Virus record (IMG/VR): IMGVR_UViG_3300020187_001966
From: a virus
Lineage: Duplodnaviria > Caudoviricetes
Strand: one strand, 5' to 3'
Length of the DNA stretch: 64,000 nucleotides
The notes beneath the pieces were generated by a model. The model was given only the letters and a program-made list of their open reading frames with translations, ran no database searches and was not told where the DNA came from. Below are positions 9,482-17,188 of this stretch, piece by piece. A program made the translations under genes and the position numbers. Every line of letters starts with the position of its first letter. Within the stretch, counting starts at the first letter, position 1.

Positions 9482-9678
9482 TGACTGTAGCAACAATGAA
9501 ATCAAACACATGGGGAATTACATGTAAAACATGTGCCATTCTTTCAAAAGCAATTGTAGCAACTGGAATGTTTTTATGGGCATTTGGTGAGTCAGCTGGA
9601 AGAGCAAGAGCAGCAAGTGAATTATACCGTCAAGGGTATGTAGAAGAAGCAAGAAGATTAATGACGGAGAATAATTAA
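9481..9678 (+). CDS. small hypothetical protein
   Basis: Coupled ORF with [20 protein letters not shown] motif. Confidence 0.6.
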   Translation: MTVATMKSNTWGITCKTCAILSKAIVATGMFLWAFGESAGRARAASELYRQGYVEEARRLMTENN

Positions 9679-9899
9679 TGACTGGTGATATAGCAACGTT
9701 TGGCGCAATGATTGGCGCAGGGTTAGCAACAATTGGAATGGGCGGAGCAGCCATTGGTGTTGGAATGATTGTAGGTAGTGTACTTAAAGTAATGCCTAAG
9801 AAAAGTGACACAGGCACAATGTTTGTTGGTGTAGCATTTGCGGAAGCATTAGGAATATTTGCATTCTTAGTAGCACTGCTATTAATGTTTGCTGTCTAA
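9678..9899 (+). CDS. atpE: ATP synthase F0 subunit c-like protein with altered polar loop
   Basis: [17 protein letters not shown] glycine zipper; [20 protein letters not shown] helix with H+-binding Glu; loop lacks R-N/Q-P. Confidence 0.88.
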   Translation: MTGDIATFGAMIGAGLATIGMGGAAIGVGMIVGSVLKVMPKKSDTGTMFVGVAFAEALGIFAFLVALLLMFAV

Positions 9900-10120
9900 T
9901 GGTAGGTGATCAGCACATTGAAATATCAGCACAGGTAGTGCAGAAGTTAGGTTTCTATATGTTTGTAATTATGACTTCACTTATGGTAATATGTATAGCT
10001 TTTGGTTTCTATGCTGTTATTCAAAAATTTAACGAACCAAACTGGAAAGAAGTATGTATCGCAAAAGGCGGTGTGCCAGTACAATTAGAAAAGTCTTACT
10101 TCGACTGCAAAAAGATGTAA
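9899..10120 (+). CDS. small membrane protein
   Basis: One TM helix, coupled ORF. Confidence 0.55.
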   Translation: MVGDQHIEISAQVVQKLGFYMFVIMTSLMVICIAFGFYAVIQKFNEPNWKEVCIAKGGVPVQLEKSYFDCKKM

Positions 10121-10136
10121 CAAAGAGGAATATAAT

Positions 10137-10271
10137 ATGTTTACAAGATTTATGAAACTAATGGAATACAGAAGTTACTGTATGAGTATCAAGCAACTAC
10201 GAGACATGGGTATGAATGATAAAGCCAATGAAATCTCAGAGTTTAAACATAACATGTATAAAACAAGTTAA
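10137..10271 (+). CDS. small hypothetical protein (44 aa)
   Basis: Manual translation MFTRFMKLMEYRSYC..., GAGGA RBS. Confidence 0.5.
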   Translation: MFTRFMKLMEYRSYCMSIKQLRDMGMNDKANEISEFKHNMYKTS

Positions 10272-10351
10272 TGTTAGATCCAGATCACACATACACAAAG
10301 CCAAAAGGCGAGAAGAAAAAAGGCGGTAAGTAAGCCGCAGTACAACAGAGT

Positions 10352-10374
10352 AAAGCACCACAAGGTGCTTTTTT
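10352..10374 (+). terminator. intrinsic terminator
   Basis: AAAGCACC-ACAA-GGTGCTTT followed by T run. Confidence 0.75.
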
Positions 10375-10426
10375 CTTGACTAATTAACTATCAGTGCTAT
10401 AAATATAGTTAACACACGGAGGCTAT

Positions 10427-10645
10427 ATGCAACATTCTATTGAGGATCTTCTAAGAAGACTTGAAGTAATGAAAGACAAAGCTATTCTGTTACATCGAGT
10501 TCGTAATGAGTTTAGTGAAATATCATATAAAGATTATGACAAAGCAGCTTGTCAAAATATTATAGATGATATACAAGCAATGGCATTGGGCATTGCGAAT
10601 GATAAAGAAGGTACTGATATTATTACTGAGATGGAATATAAATGA
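10427..10645 (+). CDS. hypothetical protein
   Basis: GGAGG RBS, ATAAATA upstream. Confidence 0.65.
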   Translation: MQHSIEDLLRRLEVMKDKAILLHRVRNEFSEISYKDYDKAACQNIIDDIQAMALGIANDKEGTDIITEMEYK

Positions 10646-11196
10646 ACTTATCAGGTGATTTTTTAATCAGCATTCCAGCTGTAAATACTGGAACATTTAA
10701 TCGCAGTGTTGTTCTTATGAATAAGCACACTGGCGATGGAGCGTCTGGTTGGATAGTTAATAAACAATTAGATGATAAAATAACACAACGTTTACGCAAA
10801 GGTATGAATCTTACTCGTGACATACCATTATACTTTGGTGGTCCAGTAGACGTAAACAATGCTGTTGTTATACACAGTAATGATTTAAAATTACCTAGTA
10901 CAAGAAAACTTAATGATACACTAAGCATCACAAAAGACAAGAGTATTGTCAACGTAATGAACATTGGACAATTTCCTGAATACTGGAGAGTAATTGTTGG
11001 TAGAAGTTCATGGGGAGCAGGACAACTAGAAAGCGAAATACTTGGCAGCCGTACAAATGGCATTGGTACTTGGATGTCAATAGACTATACTGATCAGTTA
11101 ATGTGGCAAACAATGCCAAGTAATCAGTGGGAACGCAGTATTGAACTAAGTGCCACACAATTGACTAATAATATTTTAAAAATACCAAATATGTAA
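10642..11196 (+). CDS. YqgE/AlgH (DUF179) family protein
   Basis: FLISIP...FNRSVV...H...GASGWIVNK, LYFGGPV, GRSSWGAGQLESEI. Confidence 0.88.
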   Translation: MNLSGDFLISIPAVNTGTFNRSVVLMNKHTGDGASGWIVNKQLDDKITQRLRKGMNLTRDIPLYFGGPVDVNNAVVIHSNDLKLPSTRKLNDTLSITKDKSIVNVMNIGQFPEYWRVIVGRSSWGAGQLESEILGSRTNGIGTWMSIDYTDQLMWQTMPSNQWERSIELSATQLTNNILKIPNM

Positions 11197-11254
11197 TTAT
11201 GTTAGCGCCAGCGTCAACACAAATGTGTAAATACGATGTGGCAAGGAGATACAT

Positions 11255-11455
11255 ATGTGTTCACCAGAATTGCGTAAAGAAGCTAATAGACTAAACTGGA
11301 TGATTAAAGGTCAACTTATTGACTCGTCCGAATCAGACTCCACAGTTGAAAGAATTTATCATTCATATTTTCAAAGACTTTGGAATAACAACGAGAACTA
11401 CCTTCATGAAGAAGGCTTTACCCAAGCGTGGGAGCAGCAATATGGTAGCCAATAG
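11255..11455 (+). CDS. hypothetical protein
   Basis: AAGGAG RBS, GTAAATA upstream. Confidence 0.6.
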   Translation: MCSPELRKEANRLNWMIKGQLIDSSESDSTVERIYHSYFQRLWNNNENYLHEEGFTQAWEQQYGSQ

Positions 11456-11660
11456 AATAACAGAGCTAACTGAAGATGAACTAACATTTATGGAAGATTT
11501 ATTACTAACTGAGTTTAGTAAAGAAGCTGAAAAAGCAAAAACTTGGAAATCAAAAAACCATTACCAACTCCCACATGGAAAACAAAATAGAATACTAAGT
11601 TGTCTAAGCGCAGTTAGAAGTCAAAAACAACTTAAAAAGACATTAGCCACTAAGTGGTAA
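11442..11660 (+). CDS. hypothetical protein
   Basis: Likely ATG 11442 after GGAG; listed ORF starts at 11319. Confidence 0.5.
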   Translation: MVANRITELTEDELTFMEDLLLTEFSKEAEKAKTWKSKNHYQLPHGKQNRILSCLSAVRSQKQLKKTLATKW

Positions 11661-11661
11661 T

Positions 11662-11761
11662 TGGCTCTGGGGGTAGGATTCGAACCTACACGATAAATAT
11701 TTTGCGAACATCTACCACACGATAAACAGTCGTGCGTGTCTACCACTTTCACCACCCCAGA
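11662..11761 (-). tRNA. atypical tRNA, anticodon GUU (Asn), class-II long variable arm, CCA encoded
   Basis: TCTGGGG/CCCCAGA acceptor, G73, D arm GTG-AAAGTGGTAGA-CAC, anticodon arm CACGA-CTGTTTA-TCGTG, 10-bp V stem, T arm GTAGG-TTCGAAT-CCTAC. Confidence 0.9.
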
Positions 11762-11768
11762 TCAATTT

Positions 11769-12611
11769 TTAGGCGGCTTTGTCTAAACTTTGTAGTTTAT
11801 CCAGTGCGGCAATCATACGTGTCATGCCAATGCCACCACCTACTCTTTGGAAGAAGTCAAACTTGAGGAACTCTTCTAGTTCTGCTTCTACACGTTCTTT
11901 ACCAAACAATTTAAACAGCAGCTCAGCATAGTCTCCGTCTACAATACTGTGGAATGTATCACGCATCATATCAACATCACAACTACGTTCTGCTGATCCA
12001 ATAGTTTCCATACCACCTAAGATAACATCCATCTTCTTAGCAGTATTGCCATCATCGTTACGTGCCATGTTCCAGAAAGGTGATGTTAGTTCTGGGAAGT
12101 CTGTAATTAAACAACTACCAAAGTTCATATCCATTGCTAATTCGTGTTGTGCGTCCATTTCAGTTGATTGACTTACACCAAAGTGTTTTTGCCAGTCGCT
12201 GTATGTTTTTTCTGTTAGTGGGTCAAAGCCCAAGTAATCACATAGTTCAATTTCCATCTTTTTAAGATCATCTACATCGCCCGGCATCTCAAACTCAAAC
12301 ATTGGGAAGATAATGTCGTGTCTGCCTGGTATAGCGTTTGGTTCCTGTCTATAGGACGTTGACACACAAAAAAAGCCCTTACTATCGGGCTTGCTTAATA
12401 ATTCATGTTCTAACCACATCTGGCCTGTTTGCGGTAATGGCCAAACCTGGTCTGCGTAATTGTATGTTGCTACATTGAACGGATCTTCACATGCGGCAAG
12501 TATGCTTAGTCTATTTTGGGTATGTACTTCTAAGAAGCCTTTGTCCAAAAAAAATGACCTTAAAAGGCCAACTGTGTCTGTAAATTTTTGTGGGTTTATG
12601 AGTTGCGTCAT
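11769..12611 (-). CDS. class IIb aminoacyl-tRNA synthetase-like catalytic domain (Asp/Asn type) without anticodon-binding OB fold; AsnRS2/asparagine synthetase-like
   Basis: Motif 2 SYRQE...RH..FPMFEFE, MDVILGGMETIGSAER, motif 3 GGGIGMTRMI; only 280 aa. Confidence 0.85.
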   Translation of the reverse strand: MTQLINPQKFTDTVGLLRSFFLDKGFLEVHTQNRLSILAACEDPFNVATYNYADQVWPLPQTGQMWLEHELLSKPDSKGFFCVSTSYRQEPNAIPGRHDIIFPMFEFEMPGDVDDLKKMEIELCDYLGFDPLTEKTYSDWQKHFGVSQSTEMDAQHELAMDMNFGSCLITDFPELTSPFWNMARNDDGNTAKKMDVILGGMETIGSAERSCDVDMMRDTFHSIVDGDYAELLFKLFGKERVEAELEEFLKFDFFQRVGGGIGMTRMIAALDKLQSLDKAA

Positions 12612-12687
12612 CTTTTTTTCCTTTTCTGAAATTCAGCCTAAAAAAAATTAGCTCAAAAAAATTTGAGTGTGTTTTTTCTATCCAGTC

Positions 12688-12694
12688 TATTTAG
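12688..12694 (-). promoter_or_regulatory. late-type promoter CTAAATA for the aaRS-like/tRNA unit
   Basis: Reverse-strand CTAAATA about 77 nt upstream of start 12611. Confidence 0.55.
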
Positions 12695-12712
12695 TCTTTT
12701 CTATAATAAGGC

Positions 12713-12743
12713 TTGACATCCTCTTGTGTTTAGTATATAAATA
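12713..12743 (+). promoter_or_regulatory. tmRNA promoter (sigma70 and overlapping late motif)
   Basis: TTGACA 12713-12718, 17-bp spacer, TATAAA; full TATAAATA 12736-12743. Confidence 0.75.
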
Positions 12744-12746
12744 GAC

Positions 12747-13088
12747 TGTAACGTTGAAGTGATTTGACGACTATACTGGACCCGGGGGCGGTACCCGGCG
12801 ACTCCACCATAAACACATTAGGTTTGAAATATAACCTCTCTTTCCCGAGATGATAACTCGATATAGAGGACCTAGAAATAGGGTAAAGAATAAGAGTGCT
12901 AGTGTGTTTTTGATGGGGTCGAAATAGGATCGACAGGTAGGATAGATGAGTGGAGTTACCGGGATATAAGCGCCGTTACCGCGAATAAACTTTCTAAATG
13001 CAAACGCAAATAGAGCGCCAGAAATGGCTTTAGCTGCCTAATTAGGTAAGTGGGGGTTTGTAACGCACCTAGCAACAGAAGCGTTACA
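12747..13088 (+). ncRNA. ssrA: circularly permuted two-piece tmRNA
   Basis: Acceptor piece ends CGACTCC-A-CCA at 12809; 105-nt intervening segment; coding piece starts GGGGTCG at 12915 (G3-U70); tag ORF 13000-13041 ANANRAPEMALAA*. Confidence 0.95.
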
Positions 13089-13144
13089 CTATGACGGCTG
13101 AAACATAGGTTAAAGTACAGCCAACACAAAAGGAAACCTAATTA

Positions 13145-14224
13145 ATGAAATTATTAAAACTATTTTCCGCAACATTATTAATGTTGGGGTCTTTAGCTGT
13201 GTCAGCACAAGCAGATGCACCTAAGGATAACATCACGGTCGGATTTATTTACGTCGGACCAACTGGTGACCACGGATGGACATACCGTCACGATATTGGT
13301 CGTCAGCAAGTAGAAGAAGCATACGGCGACAGAGTAACAACACGATTTGTTGAAAGTGTAGCAGAAGGTGCTGACGCTGAACGTGTAATGACACAAATGG
13401 CACTACAGGGCGCAGACATTATTTTTGCGACATCATTTGGATATATGGATCCAATAATGAACGTAGCAAAGAAGTTTCCAAACGTAAAGTTTGAACATGC
13501 TACAGGTTATAAATCATCTGACAACGTTGCTAACTATGGTTTGAAACTATACCAAGCAAGACACGTACAAGGTGTTGTAGCAGGTATGATGACAAAAACA
13601 AACAAAATTTGTTATATTGCTTCATTCCCAATTCCAGAAGTTATGCGTGAGATTAACACGTTCTTCTTGGGTGCACGTAAGTACAATCCAGATGTAGAAC
13701 TATCAATTGCGTGGGTTTACACATGGTATGATCCAGGTAAAGAAAAAGATGCGGCAACAGCATTGATTGACCAAGGTTGTGACATTGTAGCACAGCATAC
13801 TGACTCACCTGCTCCACTACAATCAGCAGAACAAGCAGGCGTACTTGGATTTGGACAAGCAAGTGATCAAATGAAGTTTGCTCCTAACGCACAATTGACA
13901 GCAACTATTGACAATTGGGGTCCTTACTATATTAAGAAAGTAGGACAAGTACTAGACGGTACATGGGAAACAGGCGATTACTTTGGACACATGAACGAAG
14001 ACGCTGTACAAATGGCACCGTTTGCTAACATGCCAGCTGACGTACAAGCAGAAGCACAGCGTGTAAAAGATGCTATTAGCGCAGGTGAGTTATTTGGATT
14101 TACAGGTCCAATTAACAAGCAAGACGGAACAGTGTTCCTGAAAGAAGGCGAAGTAGCAACTAGACAGCAACTAGACACTATGATGTTCTATGTCGAAGGC
14201 ATTACATCAAAGGTACCTGGTTAA
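13145..14224 (+). CDS. BMP family ABC transporter substrate-binding protein (purine/nucleoside type)
   Basis: Signal peptide; VGFIYVGP.GDHGWTY.HD.GR, IFATSFGYMD, QHTDS. Confidence 0.92.
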   Translation: MKLLKLFSATLLMLGSLAVSAQADAPKDNITVGFIYVGPTGDHGWTYRHDIGRQQVEEAYGDRVTTRFVESVAEGADAERVMTQMALQGADIIFATSFGYMDPIMNVAKKFPNVKFEHATGYKSSDNVANYGLKLYQARHVQGVVAGMMTKTNKICYIASFPIPEVMREINTFFLGARKYNPDVELSIAWVYTWYDPGKEKDAATALIDQGCDIVAQHTDSPAPLQSAEQAGVLGFGQASDQMKFAPNAQLTATIDNWGPYYIKKVGQVLDGTWETGDYFGHMNEDAVQMAPFANMPADVQAEAQRVKDAISAGELFGFTGPINKQDGTVFLKEGEVATRQQLDTMMFYVEGITSKVPG

Positions 14225-15084
14225 TGATTCCAGTAATTGATTTACAAGCATCAGACGCTTTAGATCGCATTGACGAAGCCTACACAACAGTAGGCTTCGC
14301 AGTGTTTACAAATGCGTTAACTGAAACACATCAACAAGACATCAAGTCTTGGCAAGAACAAATGAAAGCATTCTTTGAACTGCCAATGGATAAAAAACAA
14401 AGTTATCCTTATAACGCAGATACTAACTTGGGTTATAGCATGGTAGGCGACGAAAACGTTGATCCTACAGCACCAAAAGATATCAAAGAAAGTTTTAACT
14501 ACAACAATACACGTATGCCAGAAGACCTTTGGCCTACAGAATTACCAGAGTTTAAAGCAACAGCCTTACAAAGTATTGACATTGCAGATAAACTTACTAT
14601 GAAAATATTATCTAAGTTTGATACTATTTTAGATAGTGGAACTACACTAGTAGATTCACATTTACAACCATTTAACACAACAAGAGTTATTCACTATCCA
14701 GCATATACTGGACCAGTACAAGATAAACAAATGCGTATAGGAGAACACAGTGACTACGGCACTATTACATTACTATGGCAGATTAATGATGTTCCTGGGC
14801 TTCAAGTCCAAGATCTCAAAGAAGAGTGGCACCCGGTCCCGTATGCGGATGATGGAGTAGTTGTTAACATTGGTGACTTACTACAGCGTTGGACTAACGA
14901 TTATTTTAAAAGTACTAAACATCGTGTAGTTAACAGTCATATACATCAACAAAGATATTCGATGCCACACTTTGTAGACCCAACACCCGGCACAATAGTA
15001 CAAAACTTACGTGACGAACAATCAAAATATGAGCCCATTGAGTCAAAAGAATATTTGATGTGGCGTCTAGCACAGAGTTATTAA
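14224..15084 (+). CDS. 2OG-Fe(II) oxygenase, IPNS/DIOX_N family
   Basis: IPVID, HSDYGTITLL, VNIGDLLQRWTND...STKHRV, RYS.P.F. Confidence 0.92.
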   Translation: MIPVIDLQASDALDRIDEAYTTVGFAVFTNALTETHQQDIKSWQEQMKAFFELPMDKKQSYPYNADTNLGYSMVGDENVDPTAPKDIKESFNYNNTRMPEDLWPTELPEFKATALQSIDIADKLTMKILSKFDTILDSGTTLVDSHLQPFNTTRVIHYPAYTGPVQDKQMRIGEHSDYGTITLLWQINDVPGLQVQDLKEEWHPVPYADDGVVVNIGDLLQRWTNDYFKSTKHRVVNSHIHQQRYSMPHFVDPTPGTIVQNLRDEQSKYEPIESKEYLMWRLAQSY

Positions 15085-15085
15085 A

Positions 15086-15601
15086 ATGAAACAATACATA
15101 ACAAGTTACCAAAACTTTCCAATTGATGGAATTGATTATAAGGATGTAGCAAGTTTATGCGCATCACAAGATGGTTACGCAGAAGCAAATAACTTTATAT
15201 ACAGTAACTTACTAAAATATTGTCCTGTAGATAAAATTATTGGTATTGATGCTCGTGGATTTATATTTGCTAGTGTGTTTGCTCATCGTACAAGAGGCCC
15301 ACTAGTACTAGCACGGAAACCTGGTAAACTTCCTGGTAAGATAGCTGAAAAAGAATACGATTTAGAATACGGAACAAATAAATTACAAATACAAGCAGAT
15401 AGTATTGAAGCAGGAGACCGTTGCCTTATTATTGATGACTTAATGGCAACTGGTGGCACAATGTGCGCAGTATTGGATTTAGTACAAGAATTAAATGCTT
15501 TTACTGTGGCAGTAGCAACTGTTATTGACCTACCTAAATTAGGTGGAAGCGACTTAGTAAAAGCTCGTGGTATACCATTTTACACAGGTGTTGAATACTA
15601 A
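15086..15601 (+). CDS. apt: adenine phosphoribosyltransferase
   Basis: IGIDARGFIF, ARKPGKLPG, YDLEYG, LIIDDLMATGGT. Confidence 0.92.
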   Translation: MKQYITSYQNFPIDGIDYKDVASLCASQDGYAEANNFIYSNLLKYCPVDKIIGIDARGFIFASVFAHRTRGPLVLARKPGKLPGKIAEKEYDLEYGTNKLQIQADSIEAGDRCLIIDDLMATGGTMCAVLDLVQELNAFTVAVATVIDLPKLGGSDLVKARGIPFYTGVEY

Positions 15602-16212
15602 TGCAACACAATACACATGGATTTGAGATAGAAGAAAACGAACATGATGTTGTTGATAAAGACTATCCAGAAATTAAAGCAAGAGTAGAACAAACTGAAT
15701 GGGTAGTAAAATTAAAAAACCAAGCAGGTGAAGAATGGAAAACAAAATGTACAGATCACTATGCTTGGAAAGCTGCAGAATATATTATGGAATTGGAGAA
15801 GCAACTAATGGTATTTAGAACAGGCGCAGACTTATTTGAAGTAGGTGACTTTACAAGTCACGCAGGAAATAAACTAGCATGGAAGATTGAGTGCGATGCT
15901 ATACGCCCAGAGTGGTGGGACGGATTAGCACGTATGATTATGGATTATCAAACAGAACCTTTTAGTAAGGTAGTTGGTATTCCACGTGGCGGAATGGCAT
16001 TAGCACACGCTATGGAAAAATATGTAACACCAGGCGATCATCCTTGGATGGTTGTGGATGATGTATATACTACAGGTACAAGTTTTAGAGAATTCTGTAC
16101 AGACAATCAAACAATGTTTGCATACAAGTGGTGCGCATTTGCTCGTAAGCCTATTGAAGGCAATGAGTCACATGACGTAAGAGCATTGTTTACTATGCCA
16201 CAAAGTACTTGA
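15601..16212 (+). CDS. phosphoribosyltransferase-like protein (PyrE-like domain) with extra N-terminal domain
   Basis: GDFTSHAG..L.WKIECDA, VGIPRGG, VVDDVYTTGTS PRPP loop. Confidence 0.75.
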   Translation: MQHNTHGFEIEENEHDVVDKDYPEIKARVEQTEWVVKLKNQAGEEWKTKCTDHYAWKAAEYIMELEKQLMVFRTGADLFEVGDFTSHAGNKLAWKIECDAIRPEWWDGLARMIMDYQTEPFSKVVGIPRGGMALAHAMEKYVTPGDHPWMVVDDVYTTGTSFREFCTDNQTMFAYKWCAFARKPIEGNESHDVRALFTMPQST

Positions 16213-16270
16213 CACATACTAAATACCACGCTATAATATAGCATACACACACACAGAAAAGGAGAACATT

Positions 16271-16627
16271 ATGTTCGATACAAAACAAATGACAGACATG
16301 GCTGAAAAATTCAGCGAGATCTATAAAAACACTGGACTAGATCCAGCAAAATTTACTGAAGCATTCAGTAAAATGACACCCCCAACTATGCCAACAATCA
16401 AGTCAAACAAAAATGGCTATGAGATCCGTACCAAAGTACTGGAGATGGCACAAAACAATGTATGGCAAGACTACCATGCCAAATGGGGAGCGTTTGAACA
16501 AACAGTAAAACGTGATAAGGATACTGGCGAAGTTGTGACAACTGTTACAATGCCAGAAGTACCAGGTGCTGATGCTGTACTGGAAGCAGCAGACAAGTTT
16601 TACAACTTTGTAAACGGTAAACGATAA
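16271..16627 (+). CDS. hypothetical phage protein
   Basis: AAAGGAG RBS; NKNGYEIRT..LEMA motif. Confidence 0.7.
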   Translation: MFDTKQMTDMAEKFSEIYKNTGLDPAKFTEAFSKMTPPTMPTIKSNKNGYEIRTKVLEMAQNNVWQDYHAKWGAFEQTVKRDKDTGEVVTTVTMPEVPGADAVLEAADKFYNFVNGKR

Positions 16628-16736
16628 TAACTTAGAGTAGCAGCTGCTACACTTTAACGCACGCCATCGCTATTAATTTATGTGCCTTGGCGTGCTATAT
16701 ATATATATTATATACTGACACAGAAAGGTCAACAAA

Positions 16737-17027
16737 ATGAGAGAATGGGTATTTAATTGCTGGAATGTAGTAATGGATCACGAAAGTAATCCACTAAGTA
16801 ATATTCCGGACTTTAGTACACGCCATATGATTATGCAAGTATTAGCATGGATGTGGTGTATCGTATTTGCCATCATCGTAGGTAGCATGTGGGCTGGCGT
16901 TATTAGTATGCTTCTACACGTATTACTACTCGCTGCAATCGCAATTACAGTAGCAACGTTTGAAACAGCCAAGCGTAAGCCAAATGTATTTGGTGCTTAT
17001 AATGGTCGAGCAAATGGTGGCGGATAA
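16737..17027 (+). CDS. hypothetical membrane protein
   Basis: Two TM segments, NPLSNIPD motif. Confidence 0.65.
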   Translation: MREWVFNCWNVVMDHESNPLSNIPDFSTRHMIMQVLAWMWCIVFAIIVGSMWAGVISMLLHVLLLAAIAITVATFETAKRKPNVFGAYNGRANGGG

Positions 17028-17030
17028 CAG

Positions 17031-17048
17031 TGTTACATAAATGTAACA
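17031..17048. promoter_or_regulatory. palindromic putative regulator site upstream of porin
   Basis: TGTTACAT-AA-ATGTAACA perfect inverted repeat, about 28 bp upstream of TTGACA 17076. Confidence 0.4.
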
Positions 17049-17188
17049 AGTACGACACTATTTTGCTTAATATCGTTGACAATATAGTATCCTGTGTTAT
17101 ATTAAGATAAGTAAATACACACACAAAAATTTACAATAAAAAAAGGGCACCACTAAGGTGCCCTAAGTTACGAAAGAGAATTATAATT

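Noticed and set aside
11697-11716. Extra tRNA segment as an intron or a selenocysteine tRNA
   Set aside because: The extra nucleotides lie in the variable position and form a hairpin, not in the anticodon loop; the acceptor/T stems are canonical 7/5 and the anticodon is not UCA.
13096-13122. Riboswitch upstream of the BMP gene
   Set aside because: Only a 5-bp stem (GGCTG/CAGCC) with no recognisable aptamer motif; too little to support.
12600-13145. smpB near the tmRNA
   Set aside because: No ORF with SmpB motifs here or elsewhere in the window.
16271-16627. Phasin
   Set aside because: Superficial helical N-terminus only; the rest lacks phasin-like character.
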